A program made the translations under genes and the position numbers. The notes beneath the pieces were generated by a model. That model saw only the letters and a program-made list of their open reading frames with translations, was not told the DNA's origin and did no database searches. 64,000 nucleotides of DNA from Truepera sp. (GTDB lineage: Bacteria > Deinococcota > Deinococci > Deinococcales > Trueperaceae). The first letter of the stretch is position 1; each line of letters begins with the position of its first letter. Where the stretch lies: positions 704,001 through 768,000 of the forward strand of contig CBDCKW010000009.1 in the NCBI GenBank assembly GCA_965218435.1. The letters run 5' to 3'. This document shows, one piece after another, positions 34,027 to 44,493 of the stretch.

Positions 34027-35076
34027 TTACTCTGGTAATGCCTGCTGCAAAAACCGAAACCACGTTCCCCCCAAAAAGTCTGCTCTGGCCGCCTCCGGTA
34101 CCGCTTCACCGAGACGGGCGAAATCTGCGCCGCGACTCAGCTCAGCAGGAATATCTTCAACCCCGAAGCCGCCGTCAAAGTCGGTGCCGACAGCGACGCG
34201 GTCCCAGCCGATCAGCTCGGCGACGTGTGCGGCGTGGCGCTGAACCTCGGCAAGTGTGACGCTCTCTTTGGGCGAGTCCGGGGTGATGCCTGCTTTTAAG
34301 AAGGCGTTGGCGATGACCAAGCCCATCACGCCGCCCCTTGCGCCGAGGGCGCGGATCATCTCGTCTGAGAGGTGACGGTCGGTCGGAACGAAGGTGCGGG
34401 CGTTCGAGTGGCTGGCGATGACGTGCGCGGGGCTAGACTCAAGTGCCCCCCAAAAACTCTCTTCAGCCAAGTGACTGATGTCTAAAATGATACCCTCTTG
34501 CTTCATGGCGGCCAGCAGCTCGAGCCCAAGCGGGGTCAAAGGTCCCGGCGCTCTAGTGCCGCCCGCGTAGCGGGTACGTTGCCAAGCCGGGCCGACGATG
34601 CGGAGCCCCCTTGTTGTCCATTCGCTCAGATCGTCCGGGGTGAGGAGCGGGTCGGCTCCTTCCATCAGGAGCACCAGACCCGTCGGCGTGTCAGCCTTTG
34701 GCGCAGTGTAAGGTTCTAAATCACTTTGGACGCGGATGATACGGATAAGCCCTGCGTCTTCCCAGCGTTCGTACAGCTCGAGTTGCGCTAGAGCAAGCGT
34801 CCGCGCCTCTTGGGGCGTTTCATAGACGCGGCCCGGAAGCCGCGTACCCGGCGTACTGAGCTGCGCCGCCGCAGGTTGTACATAGATGGTGCCAAAGATG
34901 ACGCTGACCCCGCCGTCACGAAGCTCGGGCAGGGTGACGAGCGCGTCCTTATGCCCTTGCTGGCGTGACTCGTCTAGCGGCAGGGTGAGGTCGCGCCCCG
35001 CTGCCAGAACGTTATAGGCGAGGTCGAGGTGGCCGTCAATCAGAGGCTGAACGGGAGCAGTCGGGTGTTCGGTCAT
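34027..35076 (-). CDS. Membrane dipeptidase (peptidase M19)
   Basis: IDGHLD, MEGAD, LDISHL, ASHSN and GTDFDGG. Confidence 0.9.
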   Translation of the reverse strand: MTEHPTAPVQPLIDGHLDLAYNVLAAGRDLTLPLDESRQQGHKDALVTLPELRDGGVSVIFGTIYVQPAAAQLSTPGTRLPGRVYETPQEARTLALAQLELYERWEDAGLIRIIRVQSDLEPYTAPKADTPTGLVLLMEGADPLLTPDDLSEWTTRGLRIVGPAWQRTRYAGGTRAPGPLTPLGLELLAAMKQEGIILDISHLAEESFWGALESSPAHVIASHSNARTFVPTDRHLSDEMIRALGARGGVMGLVIANAFLKAGITPDSPKESVTLAEVQRHAAHVAELIGWDRVAVGTDFDGGFGVEDIPAELSRGADFARLGEAVPEAARADFLGGTWFRFLQQALPE

Positions 35077-35329
35077 GCCAGAGAGTGTAACTGAAGGCGG
35101 CGCGTAAAACCTGAGGACGGCCAAACCGTCTCTGTGCGCCGCGCTGCCACCTTTAGAACGAAATTAGCTGACAAAACCATAAGGGAAGCTACATCATTTC
35201 TTAATCCGTCACAGTTAAGCTGCAAAAAACCGCTATACTAGCCTGAACTTGGCTTACTTTTTTATGACGAACGCTCGGTATACTTGGGGTGCCACCTAGC
35301 CCGTATACCTCGCTTTTCGGGGAGTAACT

Positions 35330-35830
35330 GTGAATACGTCAAATACGTCTATGACCATCCATCTACACACGCGGGCTGCAACCGTGGCCGACGCCGAACA
35401 CGTTTTTAAGGTCTACTGCGGCGCACCTCGCTACTTCGACATTCTGTCCGCTCAACTTCCGACGCTGCCTGAAGTTGAGCGCGAATTAGAAGCCGCCGCC
35501 CAAGACCCCAAACGCTGCGTTGAACTGCTGATTGACACCACTCAGCTGGATAACATCCGGGTCGTGGGCTATCTCGATTACAAACTCGACTACCCGGAAC
35601 CTGGCGACGCGACGGTCAACTTGCTCCTAATCCCCGAAGCTCTGCAAAGTCGCGGGTATGGGCGGCGCTCAATCGGACTTTTGGAGGCCGGGTTGCAGGG
35701 CCGCGCCAAACGCATTTTAGCCAGCATCTATAGCAGCAACCCGCGTGCCAAACGCTTCTGGCGTTCGCTCGGTTACCGCTTCGCCATTGACGCACGCCCT
35801 ATTTTGGAGTGGTACGCCAAGGAGTTATAG
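35330..35830 (+). CDS. GNAT-family N-acetyltransferase
   Basis: LQSRGYGR acetyl-CoA loop and NPRAKRFWRSLGY. Confidence 0.85.
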   Translation: MNTSNTSMTIHLHTRAATVADAEHVFKVYCGAPRYFDILSAQLPTLPEVERELEAAAQDPKRCVELLIDTTQLDNIRVVGYLDYKLDYPEPGDATVNLLLIPEALQSRGYGRRSIGLLEAGLQGRAKRILASIYSSNPRAKRFWRSLGYRFAIDARPILEWYAKEL

Positions 35831-35942
35831 GGCAGTTGAGTTAAAAGAAGCCCTGAGCAGTCGGAACCTCACGGCTTTTTTACTCATTGCTATCTTGAAC
35901 ATTTTTATGGTCTACTAACCCTGACCCACGCCCCGCCGTGGA

Positions 35943-36062
35943 CCCTATCAAGAGCAGCCGAGGGACCTGGCCCCAAGACGCTGCAGCAACCAGCCTTCAT
36001 CTAGGCGGGTGCTCCTTCCAGCCGTGGTCGCTTTACGATGACGCGTCCCGGAGAGATAGAGG
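35943..36062 (+). ncRNA. SAM-I (S-box) riboswitch
   Basis: CTATCAAGAG..GAGGGA..TGGCCC..GCAACC..GGTGC..TCC..GAGAGATAG consensus, upstream of methionine biosynthesis genes. Confidence 0.93.
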
Positions 36063-36092
36063 CGCTGACGCCTCACCGACAATGGAGGCGAT

Positions 36093-36173
36093 ATGTATTT
36101 GTACTCAAAATATCTAGGCCAAGACCTAGCAGGCAAATTAGCTCAGCTGGTCCAAGTAAAACGAATGTCTTAG
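36093..36173 (+). CDS. Putative 26-aa leader ORF directly behind the riboswitch-controlled SD
   Basis: GGAGG (36084-36088), then ATG 36093, MYLYSKYLGQDLAGKLAQLVQVKRMS, TAG. Confidence 0.4.
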   Translation: MYLYSKYLGQDLAGKLAQLVQVKRMS

Positions 36174-36324
36174 CTTTTGCTCGGCTCGAGCCCGGTTGCT
36201 ACTAACTAGAGCGAACTGGGCGCAGCCGGGGCCAGCTTTTGCTTAATAACTCTTTTGCTTAATAATTACGGTCAACTCAGCCTATGACTAACTTGTTTAC
36301 GGAAGAACGTACGAAGGGAACACT

Positions 36325-37662
36325 GTGTCTAAAGCTGCATCTAAACCTGTACCTACTCCTACCCCCGCACCTACGCTCGAAACCGAAGTACCTGATCAAA
36401 CTCTCGCATTTGAAACCTTGAGCGTTCACGCGGGTCAAAAACCCGACCCGGCAACGGGCTCGAGGGCGGTGCCGATCTACGCCACAGCGTCGTTTGTCTA
36501 CGAGAGCGCCGACCACGCCGCGAGCCTCTTTGCTGGCGAGGTCGCGGGCAATCAGTACGGGCGGATGCACAACCCGACGGTAGACGTGTTTGTGGATAGA
36601 CTCGTCGCGCTCGAGGCTGGCGTCGCCGGTCTAGGTTTGTCTTCGGGGCAGGCTGCGACGACCGCGACACTTTTGGCGCTGGCGCGTCCGGGTGCGCAGC
36701 TGGTGGTCTCGAGCGAGTGCTTCGGCGGAACCTTTAGCGTGTTAAGGAAGGTGCTCGAGCCGTGGGGCTGCGAAGTTGCGACCGTCGCCCCGAATCCGGA
36801 CGCTATAAAGAGCGCCATCCGCGACGAAACCGTCGGTGTTTGGGTCGAAACCATCGCCAATCCAAGCTGCAGCGTCCCGGATATTGCTGCCATTGCCGAA
36901 CTCTGTAACGGCGCGGGGGTCCCTTTTATTGTGGATAACACCTGGGGCTGCGGCGGCTACTTGTGCAGGCCGCTCACGCTCGGCGCAGACGTCGTGGTGC
37001 ATTCGGCGACGAAGTGGATCGGCGGACACGGAACCTTTGTCGGCGGAGCCATCGTCGAGGCGGGGCGCTTTGACTGGGCGGCGCAACCGGGGCGGTTTCC
37101 GGCGTTCGTCAAACCGGATACGCGGGGGCGCACCTACGTCTCGCGTGCGCCTGAAACGGCCTTGACGCTGCGTGCTTACGACCTGGGACTTTTTACGATG
37201 GGAATGACCTTATCGCCTTACGCCGCGTCGTTGGCGTTGCAAGGGCTCGAGACGCTTCCCTTAAGGGTGCAGCGTTCGTGCGATACGACCGTAAAGTTGG
37301 CAAGGTGGTTGGAAGCTCAACCCGAAGTCACCCGCGTCCTCTATCCCGGTTTACCGTCACATCCTTCGTATAAGACAGCGCAAAAGACGCTTTCGCACGG
37401 CTTCGGCGCGGTGCTCTCATTCGAGACCGAGACGCCCGCACAAGCGCAGGGGTTCTTAAACCGTGTACAGCTCGCGTCGCATCTGGCGAATATCGGGGAC
37501 GCCAAAACGGTTGTGATCAGCCCCTGGACGACGACGCACGCCGGACTAAGCGAAACGGCGCGGCGTGAAGCCGGGGTGACGCCGGAATTGGTCCGGGTGT
37601 CGGTGGGGCTCGAGGCGTTAGCTGATATTCAAGTCGACTTTGCCCGGGCTTTACAGGGTTAA
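36325..37662 (+). CDS. metY: O-acetylhomoserine aminocarboxypropyltransferase (sulfhydrylase)
   Basis: YGRMHNPT, SSGQAA, HSATKWIGGHG (PLP Lys) and HLANIGDAK. Confidence 0.88.
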   Translation: MSKAASKPVPTPTPAPTLETEVPDQTLAFETLSVHAGQKPDPATGSRAVPIYATASFVYESADHAASLFAGEVAGNQYGRMHNPTVDVFVDRLVALEAGVAGLGLSSGQAATTATLLALARPGAQLVVSSECFGGTFSVLRKVLEPWGCEVATVAPNPDAIKSAIRDETVGVWVETIANPSCSVPDIAAIAELCNGAGVPFIVDNTWGCGGYLCRPLTLGADVVVHSATKWIGGHGTFVGGAIVEAGRFDWAAQPGRFPAFVKPDTRGRTYVSRAPETALTLRAYDLGLFTMGMTLSPYAASLALQGLETLPLRVQRSCDTTVKLARWLEAQPEVTRVLYPGLPSHPSYKTAQKTLSHGFGAVLSFETETPAQAQGFLNRVQLASHLANIGDAKTVVISPWTTTHAGLSETARREAGVTPELVRVSVGLEALADIQVDFARALQG

Positions 37663-37697
37663 GTGACAGGGTTAGATGACTGGCAGATGACTACCAA

Positions 37698-38891
37698 ATG
37701 ACCACGCTCGTTCACGAAACCTGGGGCGACCACGCCGCGCTGCTTGCCCGTTCACAGGGCAGCAGCGCAGGCGTCGGGGTCGTCAAACCGCAAATAGTTA
37801 CTGTAGCCACCCCTGAAAATCCGCTGAGGCTCGAGTATGGCGGCATTCTTTCTGACGTGTGCGTCACCTTCGAGACCTACGGCGAGCTGAACGCGGCCAA
37901 AGACAACGCCGTACTTCTATGCCACGCGCTGACCGGTTCGGCGCACGCTGCCGGGGTGCAAGGGCTGACGCAGGAAGCTGCGCTGCAAGGTGAAGTGCCG
38001 GGCTGGTGGGACCCGCTCATCGGTCCCGGTAAGGCGGTGGATACGCGCAAGCACTTCGTGATCTGCCCGAATGTGCTGGGCGGCTGTTACGGCACCACCG
38101 GCCCGAGCAGCCCGGACCCCGAAACGGGAAAACCTTACCGGTTGAGCTTTCCGCGCTACACCGTCCGCGATATGGTCGCGGTGCAGGCGCGGCTGCTGGA
38201 CGCGTTGGGGCTTGACTCGGTGCGGGCCGTAATCGGCGGCAGTATGGGTGGGATGCAGGCGCTCGAGTGGGCCGCGACGCACCCCGAGCGGGTGCGGAGT
38301 TTGGTCAGTATCGCCGTCGGCGCACGGCATTCGGCGTGGGCCATCGGCTTAAACGAGGTAGCGCGGAGAGCGATCACCAGCGACCCGGTGTGGCGTGGGG
38401 GCGACTACACGCCCGGGTCACAACCCGAAGCGGGTCTCGGCTTAGCGCGGGCCGTCGCCATGCTTTCGTACCGCTCGGTGGATTCCTTAGAGGCCAAGTT
38501 CGGTCGTGAACGCGTCTCAGCCTCGCGCGACCTGTTGGCGCACTCGTTTGAAATCGAGTCGTATCTGGACTATCAAGGGGTCAAACTCGTGAAGCGGTTC
38601 GACGCCAACACCTATTTATACCTGACCAAAGCGATGGACGACTTTGACCTCGCCGAGGGGCGGGGCCGCCTCAAAAACGTGCTCCAAAAGATGACCATGC
38701 CGTCGCTGGTTATGGGCATCAGCAGCGACGTGCTCTACCCCGAACCCGAGCAACTTGCGTTAGTCGCAGGATTACCGAACGCCGAGTACGCCCGCATCAG
38801 CTCACCGCACGGTCACGACGCGTTTTTAATCGAGTTTCCGCAGTTAGCGGCGCGGTTGAGGAGATTTTTGGCGGGGCTCGAGCGGTCATAA
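37698..38891 (+). CDS. metX: Homoserine O-acetyltransferase
   Basis: CHALTG, GGSMGGMQ, RFDAN and HGHDAFLIE. Confidence 0.92.
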   Translation: MTTLVHETWGDHAALLARSQGSSAGVGVVKPQIVTVATPENPLRLEYGGILSDVCVTFETYGELNAAKDNAVLLCHALTGSAHAAGVQGLTQEAALQGEVPGWWDPLIGPGKAVDTRKHFVICPNVLGGCYGTTGPSSPDPETGKPYRLSFPRYTVRDMVAVQARLLDALGLDSVRAVIGGSMGGMQALEWAATHPERVRSLVSIAVGARHSAWAIGLNEVARRAITSDPVWRGGDYTPGSQPEAGLGLARAVAMLSYRSVDSLEAKFGRERVSASRDLLAHSFEIESYLDYQGVKLVKRFDANTYLYLTKAMDDFDLAEGRGRLKNVLQKMTMPSLVMGISSDVLYPEPEQLALVAGLPNAEYARISSPHGHDAFLIEFPQLAARLRRFLAGLERS

Positions 38892-39052
38892 ACCTTGATG
38901 TTTAGGTTGACCTGCCTAAAGCTGGTAGGGTTATGCGTAGACCCATGCAGGTAGTTAAGCTCGAGGCTTTTGTTCAGAGTGAGGTCCTTGGTGCGAGTTC
39001 TTATCGTCAGGGCAAGCTACGTCCGACTTAGCTTATGCCTGAATCCTGACCC

Positions 39053-39775
39053 TTAAAGCCCCAAATACGCCCGCTTGATCTTCTCGTTGCCCATCAGTTC
39101 TTGCGAGGGTCCCTCGACGACCAGTTTGCCGTTTTCTAACACGTACGTCCGGTCGGAAATCTGCAATACCTGTTTGACGTTTTGCTCGACCAATAAAATT
39201 GGTAGCCCAGTTTGCGACACCCGGCGAATCGCCTGCATCACCTCTTTGACCAGGCGCGGCGCAAGCCCCAAAGACGGCTCGTCCATGATGAGCATTTTAG
39301 GCTCTAACATCAGCGCACGGCCGATGGCGATCATCTGCTGCTGTCCACCCGAGAGGTTTCCGGCCATCACTTTGCGTTTGTCGTAAAGGTCGGGGAAAAG
39401 CTCGAACACATGTTTGAGACTCTCTGCACGCTTCCGGCGCGGCTCCGGTAAATACGCCCCGAGCGAGAGGTTTTGAGCTACGGTCATATTTGGGAAAAGC
39501 TGCCGCCCCATCGGAACATGTGCGACGCCGAGTTCGGCCATCTGGTGGGGGCTGCGCCTACGTACCGCTTGACCGAAGAAGAGGATACGCCCCGAGCGCG
39601 GCTGAATCATCCCTGAAACGGCCCGTAAAATCGTGGATTTACCGCTCCCGTTCCCCCCGACGAGCCCAACCAACTCGCCCTCATGGACATTTAAGCTGAC
39701 GTCCATGACGACTAACAATTCGTCGTAGCCTAAGTCCACGTTTTCGACCTGTAAAACGGGTGCGCACTCAGTCAT
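39053..39775 (-). CDS. Branched-chain amino acid-type ABC ATPase (LivF-like)
   Basis: GNGSGKST, LSGGQQQM and DEPSLGLAP. Confidence 0.9.
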   Translation of the reverse strand: MTECAPVLQVENVDLGYDELLVVMDVSLNVHEGELVGLVGGNGSGKSTILRAVSGMIQPRSGRILFFGQAVRRRSPHQMAELGVAHVPMGRQLFPNMTVAQNLSLGAYLPEPRRKRAESLKHVFELFPDLYDKRKVMAGNLSGGQQQMIAIGRALMLEPKMLIMDEPSLGLAPRLVKEVMQAIRRVSQTGLPILLVEQNVKQVLQISDRTYVLENGKLVVEGPSQELMGNEKIKRAYLGL

Positions 39776-40535
39776 CGTCTACCCCTCCTAAATACGCCTC
39801 GATGACCAGCGGATTACTCGTCACCGCTTCCGGCGTACCTTCGGCGATCTTTTTGCCAAACGCCAAGACGATGATATGGTCGGACAGTTCAATTACAGCT
39901 TGCATGATGTGTTCGACCATCAAGATGGCAGTCCCATCTTGCGTCAAGCTGAGGACAAATTCGATCATTTCAGCTAAGGCGGGTGGGTTTAGACCTGCCA
40001 TCAGCTCGTCTAAAAAGAGGACGCGCGGTTTGAGGGCGAGGGCTTTGGCGAGTTCTAAACGCCGCCGCCGCGCCAGGTTCAGCTCGGCTGAAAGTTGGTT
40101 GCGGCGGTCAATCAGACCCACACGTGTCAAGCACTCTTCAGCCCACAGTTCAGCGTCACTGCGGGCCGGAAACCGTAAAAAGGCGGGAATAAGGACGTTC
40201 TCGAGGACGCTCAAGCCCTCAAAGGGGCGCTCGATCTGGAATGTTCGGCCCATCCCCTTGCGGGTGCGTTCAAAGGGTGACATGCGGGTGATGTCGCGGC
40301 CCAAATAGGTGACCTTGCCCCCACTTAGCGGGGCGTAGCCGGTCAGCGCGTTAAACAAGGTCGTCTTACCGGCCCCGTTCGGGCCGATCAGTCCTAAAAT
40401 CTTGCCGCGTTCTAGGTCTAGTGACACGTCATCCACAGCCGTTACACCGCCGAACGTGACCCTGATTCCTTCAGCGTGCAAGATGCTCTCGGCGGGAGTT
40501 TTAACGCCGGGAGCTTTAGCGTTGGTCTCGAGCAT
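39768..40535 (-). CDS. Branched-chain amino acid-type ABC ATPase (LivG-like)
   Basis: [22 protein letters not shown] and VIEAYLG. Confidence 0.9.
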   Translation of the reverse strand: MLETNAKAPGVKTPAESILHAEGIRVTFGGVTAVDDVSLDLERGKILGLIGPNGAGKTTLFNALTGYAPLSGGKVTYLGRDITRMSPFERTRKGMGRTFQIERPFEGLSVLENVLIPAFLRFPARSDAELWAEECLTRVGLIDRRNQLSAELNLARRRRLELAKALALKPRVLFLDELMAGLNPPALAEMIEFVLSLTQDGTAILMVEHIMQAVIELSDHIIVLAFGKKIAEGTPEAVTSNPLVIEAYLGGVDDD

Positions 40536-41475
40536 AACGCCTCCGCCGCAAGGAGCGCGATAATTCACCGATCAGACCACGCGGCACAAATAAGATCACG
40601 ACCAAAATCAGTAGGCCGTAGATCAGCAAGTTCGCCTCGGCAAACACGCTGCGAAACAGCTCGGCGGCTAAAATCAGCAGCGCCGCCCCCAAAGCTGGCC
40701 CCCAGACCGTGCCGCGCCCGCCGATAATCGCGGTCAGCGCAATCTGCACCGAGAGCGGCAAGAAAAAGAGGTTGTGCGGGTCTAAAAATGACAGATACGC
40801 GCCGTAAATGCCGCCCCCTAACGCGGTTAGCGCCCCTGAAAGAGCAAACGCCCGCAGTTTGATTCTCACCGGATTGATACCCGCCGCCTGCGCCGCCGCT
40901 TCGTCTTCACGCACCGCGCGCATCGCGTACCCGAAACGGCTGCCCGAAAGCCACATCACACACGCGATGACCCCGGCTGCGTAGAGGAGCGCGAGGTAAT
41001 ATTCGACCTGGCGGCTAAATAAGTCAAGGCCGAAGGGCTCGGGGAGTTCAGAGATAAACAGCCCCGCCGACCCGCCTGTAAACCACGCTTCGTTAATCGC
41101 CACGAGCCGTAAGATTTCGGCAATCGCAATCGTTGAGAGCGTGAAGTACGACCCGCGCAGGCCGAACGTTAAAGAACCCCAGAGCAGGGCGAACAGGGCG
41201 GCGACGATAAGACCGAGCTCGAGCGCCGAAACCGCGTCGAGTCCAAGTTTGCCCGTTCCGAGTGCCAGCGCATAAGCGCCGATCCCGACAAACGCCGCGT
41301 GTCCGAGGCTCGTCTGCCCCGTCCAACCGCCTAAAATATCCCATGAGGTAGCCAGCCCGACGAAGAGCAGGAGCGTGATCATCAAGCTGAAGTTCGTCCC
41401 TGACCACAGTGGAAGGAGGAGCCCGACGCCGAGGAAGAGCGCGAGTTGCGCCAGCGGTACGGCCAGCCGCCTCAT
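40516..41475 (-). CDS. ABC permease (LivM-like)
   Basis: [16 protein letters not shown] and AVREDEAAA. Confidence 0.9.
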   Translation of the reverse strand: MRRLAVPLAQLALFLGVGLLLPLWSGTNFSLMITLLLFVGLATSWDILGGWTGQTSLGHAAFVGIGAYALALGTGKLGLDAVSALELGLIVAALFALLWGSLTFGLRGSYFTLSTIAIAEILRLVAINEAWFTGGSAGLFISELPEPFGLDLFSRQVEYYLALLYAAGVIACVMWLSGSRFGYAMRAVREDEAAAQAAGINPVRIKLRAFALSGALTALGGGIYGAYLSFLDPHNLFFLPLSVQIALTAIIGGRGTVWGPALGAALLILAAELFRSVFAEANLLIYGLLILVVILFVPRGLIGELSRSLRRRRYARDQR

Positions 41476-42356
41476 ACGCGTTTGACCGACCGACCGAACA
41501 ACCCTTCCGGGCGGAGGAGCAAGATCAGCAAAAAGGCGACTAAGCCGTAAGCGTCGCGGTAGTCAAACGAGATATACGATGCGCCTAAAACTTCAACCAC
41601 GCCGAGGAGTAAGCCGCCGCCGATCGCACCCCAAACGTTGCCGAGACCGCCCAAAACGGTCACGACAAACGCTTTTAAGGTGAAGACCGGCCCGGTGATG
41701 ACGGGCGTCACAAAAAGTTGCGGAATTAAGATAATCCCGGCTGCAACCGAAAGCGTCACCCCGACGCCGAAAACGAGGCTGTAAATGGCCCGCGTATTGA
41801 TGCCGACGAGTTCAGCGCCGAGGCGGTTCTGCGACGTAGCCCGCACCGCCTGACCCTGTTCGGTAAAGGTCAGAAACAGATAGAGGCCGACGATCACGAG
41901 CAGCACGACGCCCCCGGCAACGAGTTGGACTAAAGAAAGTGTGATGGGACCTAAAGCAACGGTCGCGGTGCCGTAAGCGACGTTTAACGAGCGCGGCGAC
42001 GCCCCGAAAGTCAGCAGCAAGATATTTTGAATCACGAGTGATAAACCCAGCGTCGCTAAGAGCGTACTGTCTAGGGGCGCGTCTACCAAACGGCTTAAGA
42101 TCAGGTGCTCGAGCCCCACCCCCAGCAAAAACCCTAAGGGCAGCGCGACGGCCAGACTCAGCAGCGGGTCCCAGCCGAGCTGCGTGTACATCACAATGGC
42201 CGTGTACATCCCGAGCACCACAAAGTCGCCGTGCGAAAAGTTGATCACCCGCATCACGCCGAAAATCAGCGACAAGCCGATGCCCAGAAGGGCGTACACG
42301 CCGCCGATTAAAAGGCCGCCGGAGAGGTTTTGTAAAAAGCCGTAAAAAGGTTCCAT
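41472..42356 (-). CDS. ABC permease (LivH-like)
   Basis: GLSLIFGVMRVINFSHG, KAFVVTVLGGLG and RPEGLFG. Confidence 0.9.
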   Translation of the reverse strand: MEPFYGFLQNLSGGLLIGGVYALLGIGLSLIFGVMRVINFSHGDFVVLGMYTAIVMYTQLGWDPLLSLAVALPLGFLLGVGLEHLILSRLVDAPLDSTLLATLGLSLVIQNILLLTFGASPRSLNVAYGTATVALGPITLSLVQLVAGGVVLLVIVGLYLFLTFTEQGQAVRATSQNRLGAELVGINTRAIYSLVFGVGVTLSVAAGIILIPQLFVTPVITGPVFTLKAFVVTVLGGLGNVWGAIGGGLLLGVVEVLGASYISFDYRDAYGLVAFLLILLLRPEGLFGRSVKRV

Positions 42357-42412
42357 AAGTTAAGAAGTGGCCCTGACTAGTCTGTAGAAACAGTCAGGAC
42401 CACTGGGACCGT

Positions 42413-43612
42413 TTAACGGGCGTTCCAAGCAGGGGTGGGAAAACTGAGGTCGGCTTGGGCTGAGTTTTTAGGAAAGACCGTGACAAACGCGCCGCCCTGC
42501 ACCTGCTGTGCGAGCATCGAAAGCGGGTTTTGGTTCTGAAAGCCGTCGTAATCTTCAAATTTGATGGGGCCGTAGGCCGTTTCGGTAAGGTCGGTCGCTT
42601 TAAGTGCGTCGCGTACCGCGTCGGGGTTCGTATCGGCGGCGCGGCCCAGCGCGTCGGCGGCGGTGATCAGACCGGCGTAGGCTTGCGCGGCGTGGTACGA
42701 CGGCTCGGTGCCGCCCAGCTCTTCTTTCAGCCGCGTATAGAGGTCCTCAGCGCCCGGATAGGCCGCGTCTTTCGTCCAGGTCGTCGCGGTGACCACATAG
42801 TTGGCCGCTGCTCCCGCCCCGTCAATAAAGTTCGGCAGGGCAAACCCGGCTGCGCCCCCGGCGAAGAGTTTGGGATTTAAGCCGACTTCGCTCGCTTGGC
42901 GCAGCAGCCCGACCGAATCTTCGGCGTATGAGACCATAAACACGATGTCGGGCGCGTCTGCCGCGAAACGGTTTAGAATCGGGCGAAAATCCGTCACACC
43001 GCGGTCGTAGCTCTCTTGCTCGGTGAGGTCAAACCCGCGTTCTTCAGAAAGGCGCACCACAGCGTCAGCGACCGACGACTCGAAGGGGCCGTTGCCGTGA
43101 ATCAGGGCGATGGTTGAAAGTCCGGCGTCTTGGGCCTTATTAAGTTGGTCGAAGATGTCGAAAAGTACCGTCGCGTAGGCTGAAGCGGGCTGGTTGAGGC
43201 GGAAAGTCCACTCTGAGCCGGGGTTGGTAATCGCGTCTTCAGATGAGGTGAAGACCAAAAAGGGGTAGCCCTGCCGCGAAAAAAACTGGGCGAGCGGATT
43301 GGTAATCGAGGACGAGTACGCGCCGAGCACAATAGGTACGTCTCTGGATAAGCTTTCAGCGGCGGAAAGTGCGGCGTTGACGTCCGAGGTGTCGTCGCGG
43401 AGGACGAGTTCAACTTGCTGACCGTTGACCCCGCCGTTCGCGTTGATCTCTTCGAGCGCGACAGCAAACCCGGCCTGGTGCTGTTTGCCGAATTCGGCGT
43501 AGCGCCCGGTCAGGCTGGTAATCACGCCGATAGGCAGCGTATCTTGAGCGAAAGCTGCGCCTAACGTTAAAAGCACGGCCGAAAAGAGTGTTGCGGCGGA
43601 TCGCTTCATCAC
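42413..43612 (-). CDS. ABC substrate-binding protein (LivJ/K-like)
   Basis: Signal peptide, IGVITSLTG, EEINANGGVNG and LGAYSS. Confidence 0.9.
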   Translation of the reverse strand: MMKRSAATLFSAVLLTLGAAFAQDTLPIGVITSLTGRYAEFGKQHQAGFAVALEEINANGGVNGQQVELVLRDDTSDVNAALSAAESLSRDVPIVLGAYSSSITNPLAQFFSRQGYPFLVFTSSEDAITNPGSEWTFRLNQPASAYATVLFDIFDQLNKAQDAGLSTIALIHGNGPFESSVADAVVRLSEERGFDLTEQESYDRGVTDFRPILNRFAADAPDIVFMVSYAEDSVGLLRQASEVGLNPKLFAGGAAGFALPNFIDGAGAAANYVVTATTWTKDAAYPGAEDLYTRLKEELGGTEPSYHAAQAYAGLITAADALGRAADTNPDAVRDALKATDLTETAYGPIKFEDYDGFQNQNPLSMLAQQVQGGAFVTVFPKNSAQADLSFPTPAWNAR

Positions 43613-43629
43613 TTCCTCCTAATTTGGCT

Positions 43630-43643
43630 ACTGGTATACCAGT
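43630..43643. promoter_or_regulatory. GntR/FadR-type operator overlapping the Liv operon transcription start
   Basis: Perfect palindrome ACTGGTATACCAGT just downstream of a minus-strand TTGACA-N18-TAGTAT promoter, with a divergent GntR gene. Confidence 0.7.
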
Positions 43644-43752
43644 GAGATACTAGCAACTTCACACAATTGCTGTCAATAATAGAGGTATGAAGAGGTCACT
43701 AAACCCTGTCACGCTTAGGTTTTGGACTCGAGCCGCTGGTTTGAAAAGCTAG

Positions 43753-44457
43753 ATGGTCACTTCACCAAGCCCCAAGTTCTTGTCTGAACCTAAAAACAGT
43801 GAAAAATGCAGCGACGACCGCCGCATGTTCTTAAAAGACCGCGCCTACGAAGAGCTGAAAACGCTGATCTTGAGCGAGGCGTTGCCGCCGGGGAGCTTTT
43901 TGTCCGAACGGACGCTCGCCGACAAGCTGGGGATGAGCAAAACGCCGGTGCGTTCAGCGATTGAACGCCTCGAGAACGAAGGCTTTGTCAGCGTCTCACC
44001 GCAGCAGGGCGTCGTCGTCCGGGCGCTGACCCCTGAAGAGATTCGCAACCACTTTGACCTTCGCATTGCTTTAGAGACCTTTGTTGTGCGGCGGCTGACC
44101 GGGACGCTGAACGCGGCGCAGCGCACGCAACTCGAGGCGAAGTTACGCGAACACGACCGTGCGCTCGAAACCGGCGACGTGGCGCTCGCGGCCTCGAGCG
44201 ACCTTGAGTTTCACCTGACCCTGTGCCGGTTTTGGGGCAACGAAGAGCTGCTGCGGGCCTTATGGTGGCATCACGACGTTTTGTTTCGCACCGTTCACAA
44301 GCTCTACCGCGACGACCGCTTTTTTCAGCGGGTACAGCAAAATAGTCTGGAGCATGAAACGCTCCTTAAACTGCTCGGCGAAAGAGACGGCGACCGGACG
44401 GCTCGGTATCTGGAAAAGCACCTCGAGTTCGGCAAGCACCTAATTTTTATGGGCTAA
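43753..44457 (+). CDS. GntR-family (FadR/FCD) regulator
   Basis: LSERTLADKLGMSKTPVRSA HTH, and DLEFH..EH FCD motifs. Confidence 0.92.
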   Translation: MVTSPSPKFLSEPKNSEKCSDDRRMFLKDRAYEELKTLILSEALPPGSFLSERTLADKLGMSKTPVRSAIERLENEGFVSVSPQQGVVVRALTPEEIRNHFDLRIALETFVVRRLTGTLNAAQRTQLEAKLREHDRALETGDVALAASSDLEFHLTLCRFWGNEELLRALWWHHDVLFRTVHKLYRDDRFFQRVQQNSLEHETLLKLLGERDGDRTARYLEKHLEFGKHLIFMG

Positions 44458-44493
44458 GTGTGCGGGCTGGTTGTATAGACGTCGGCAACTTTA

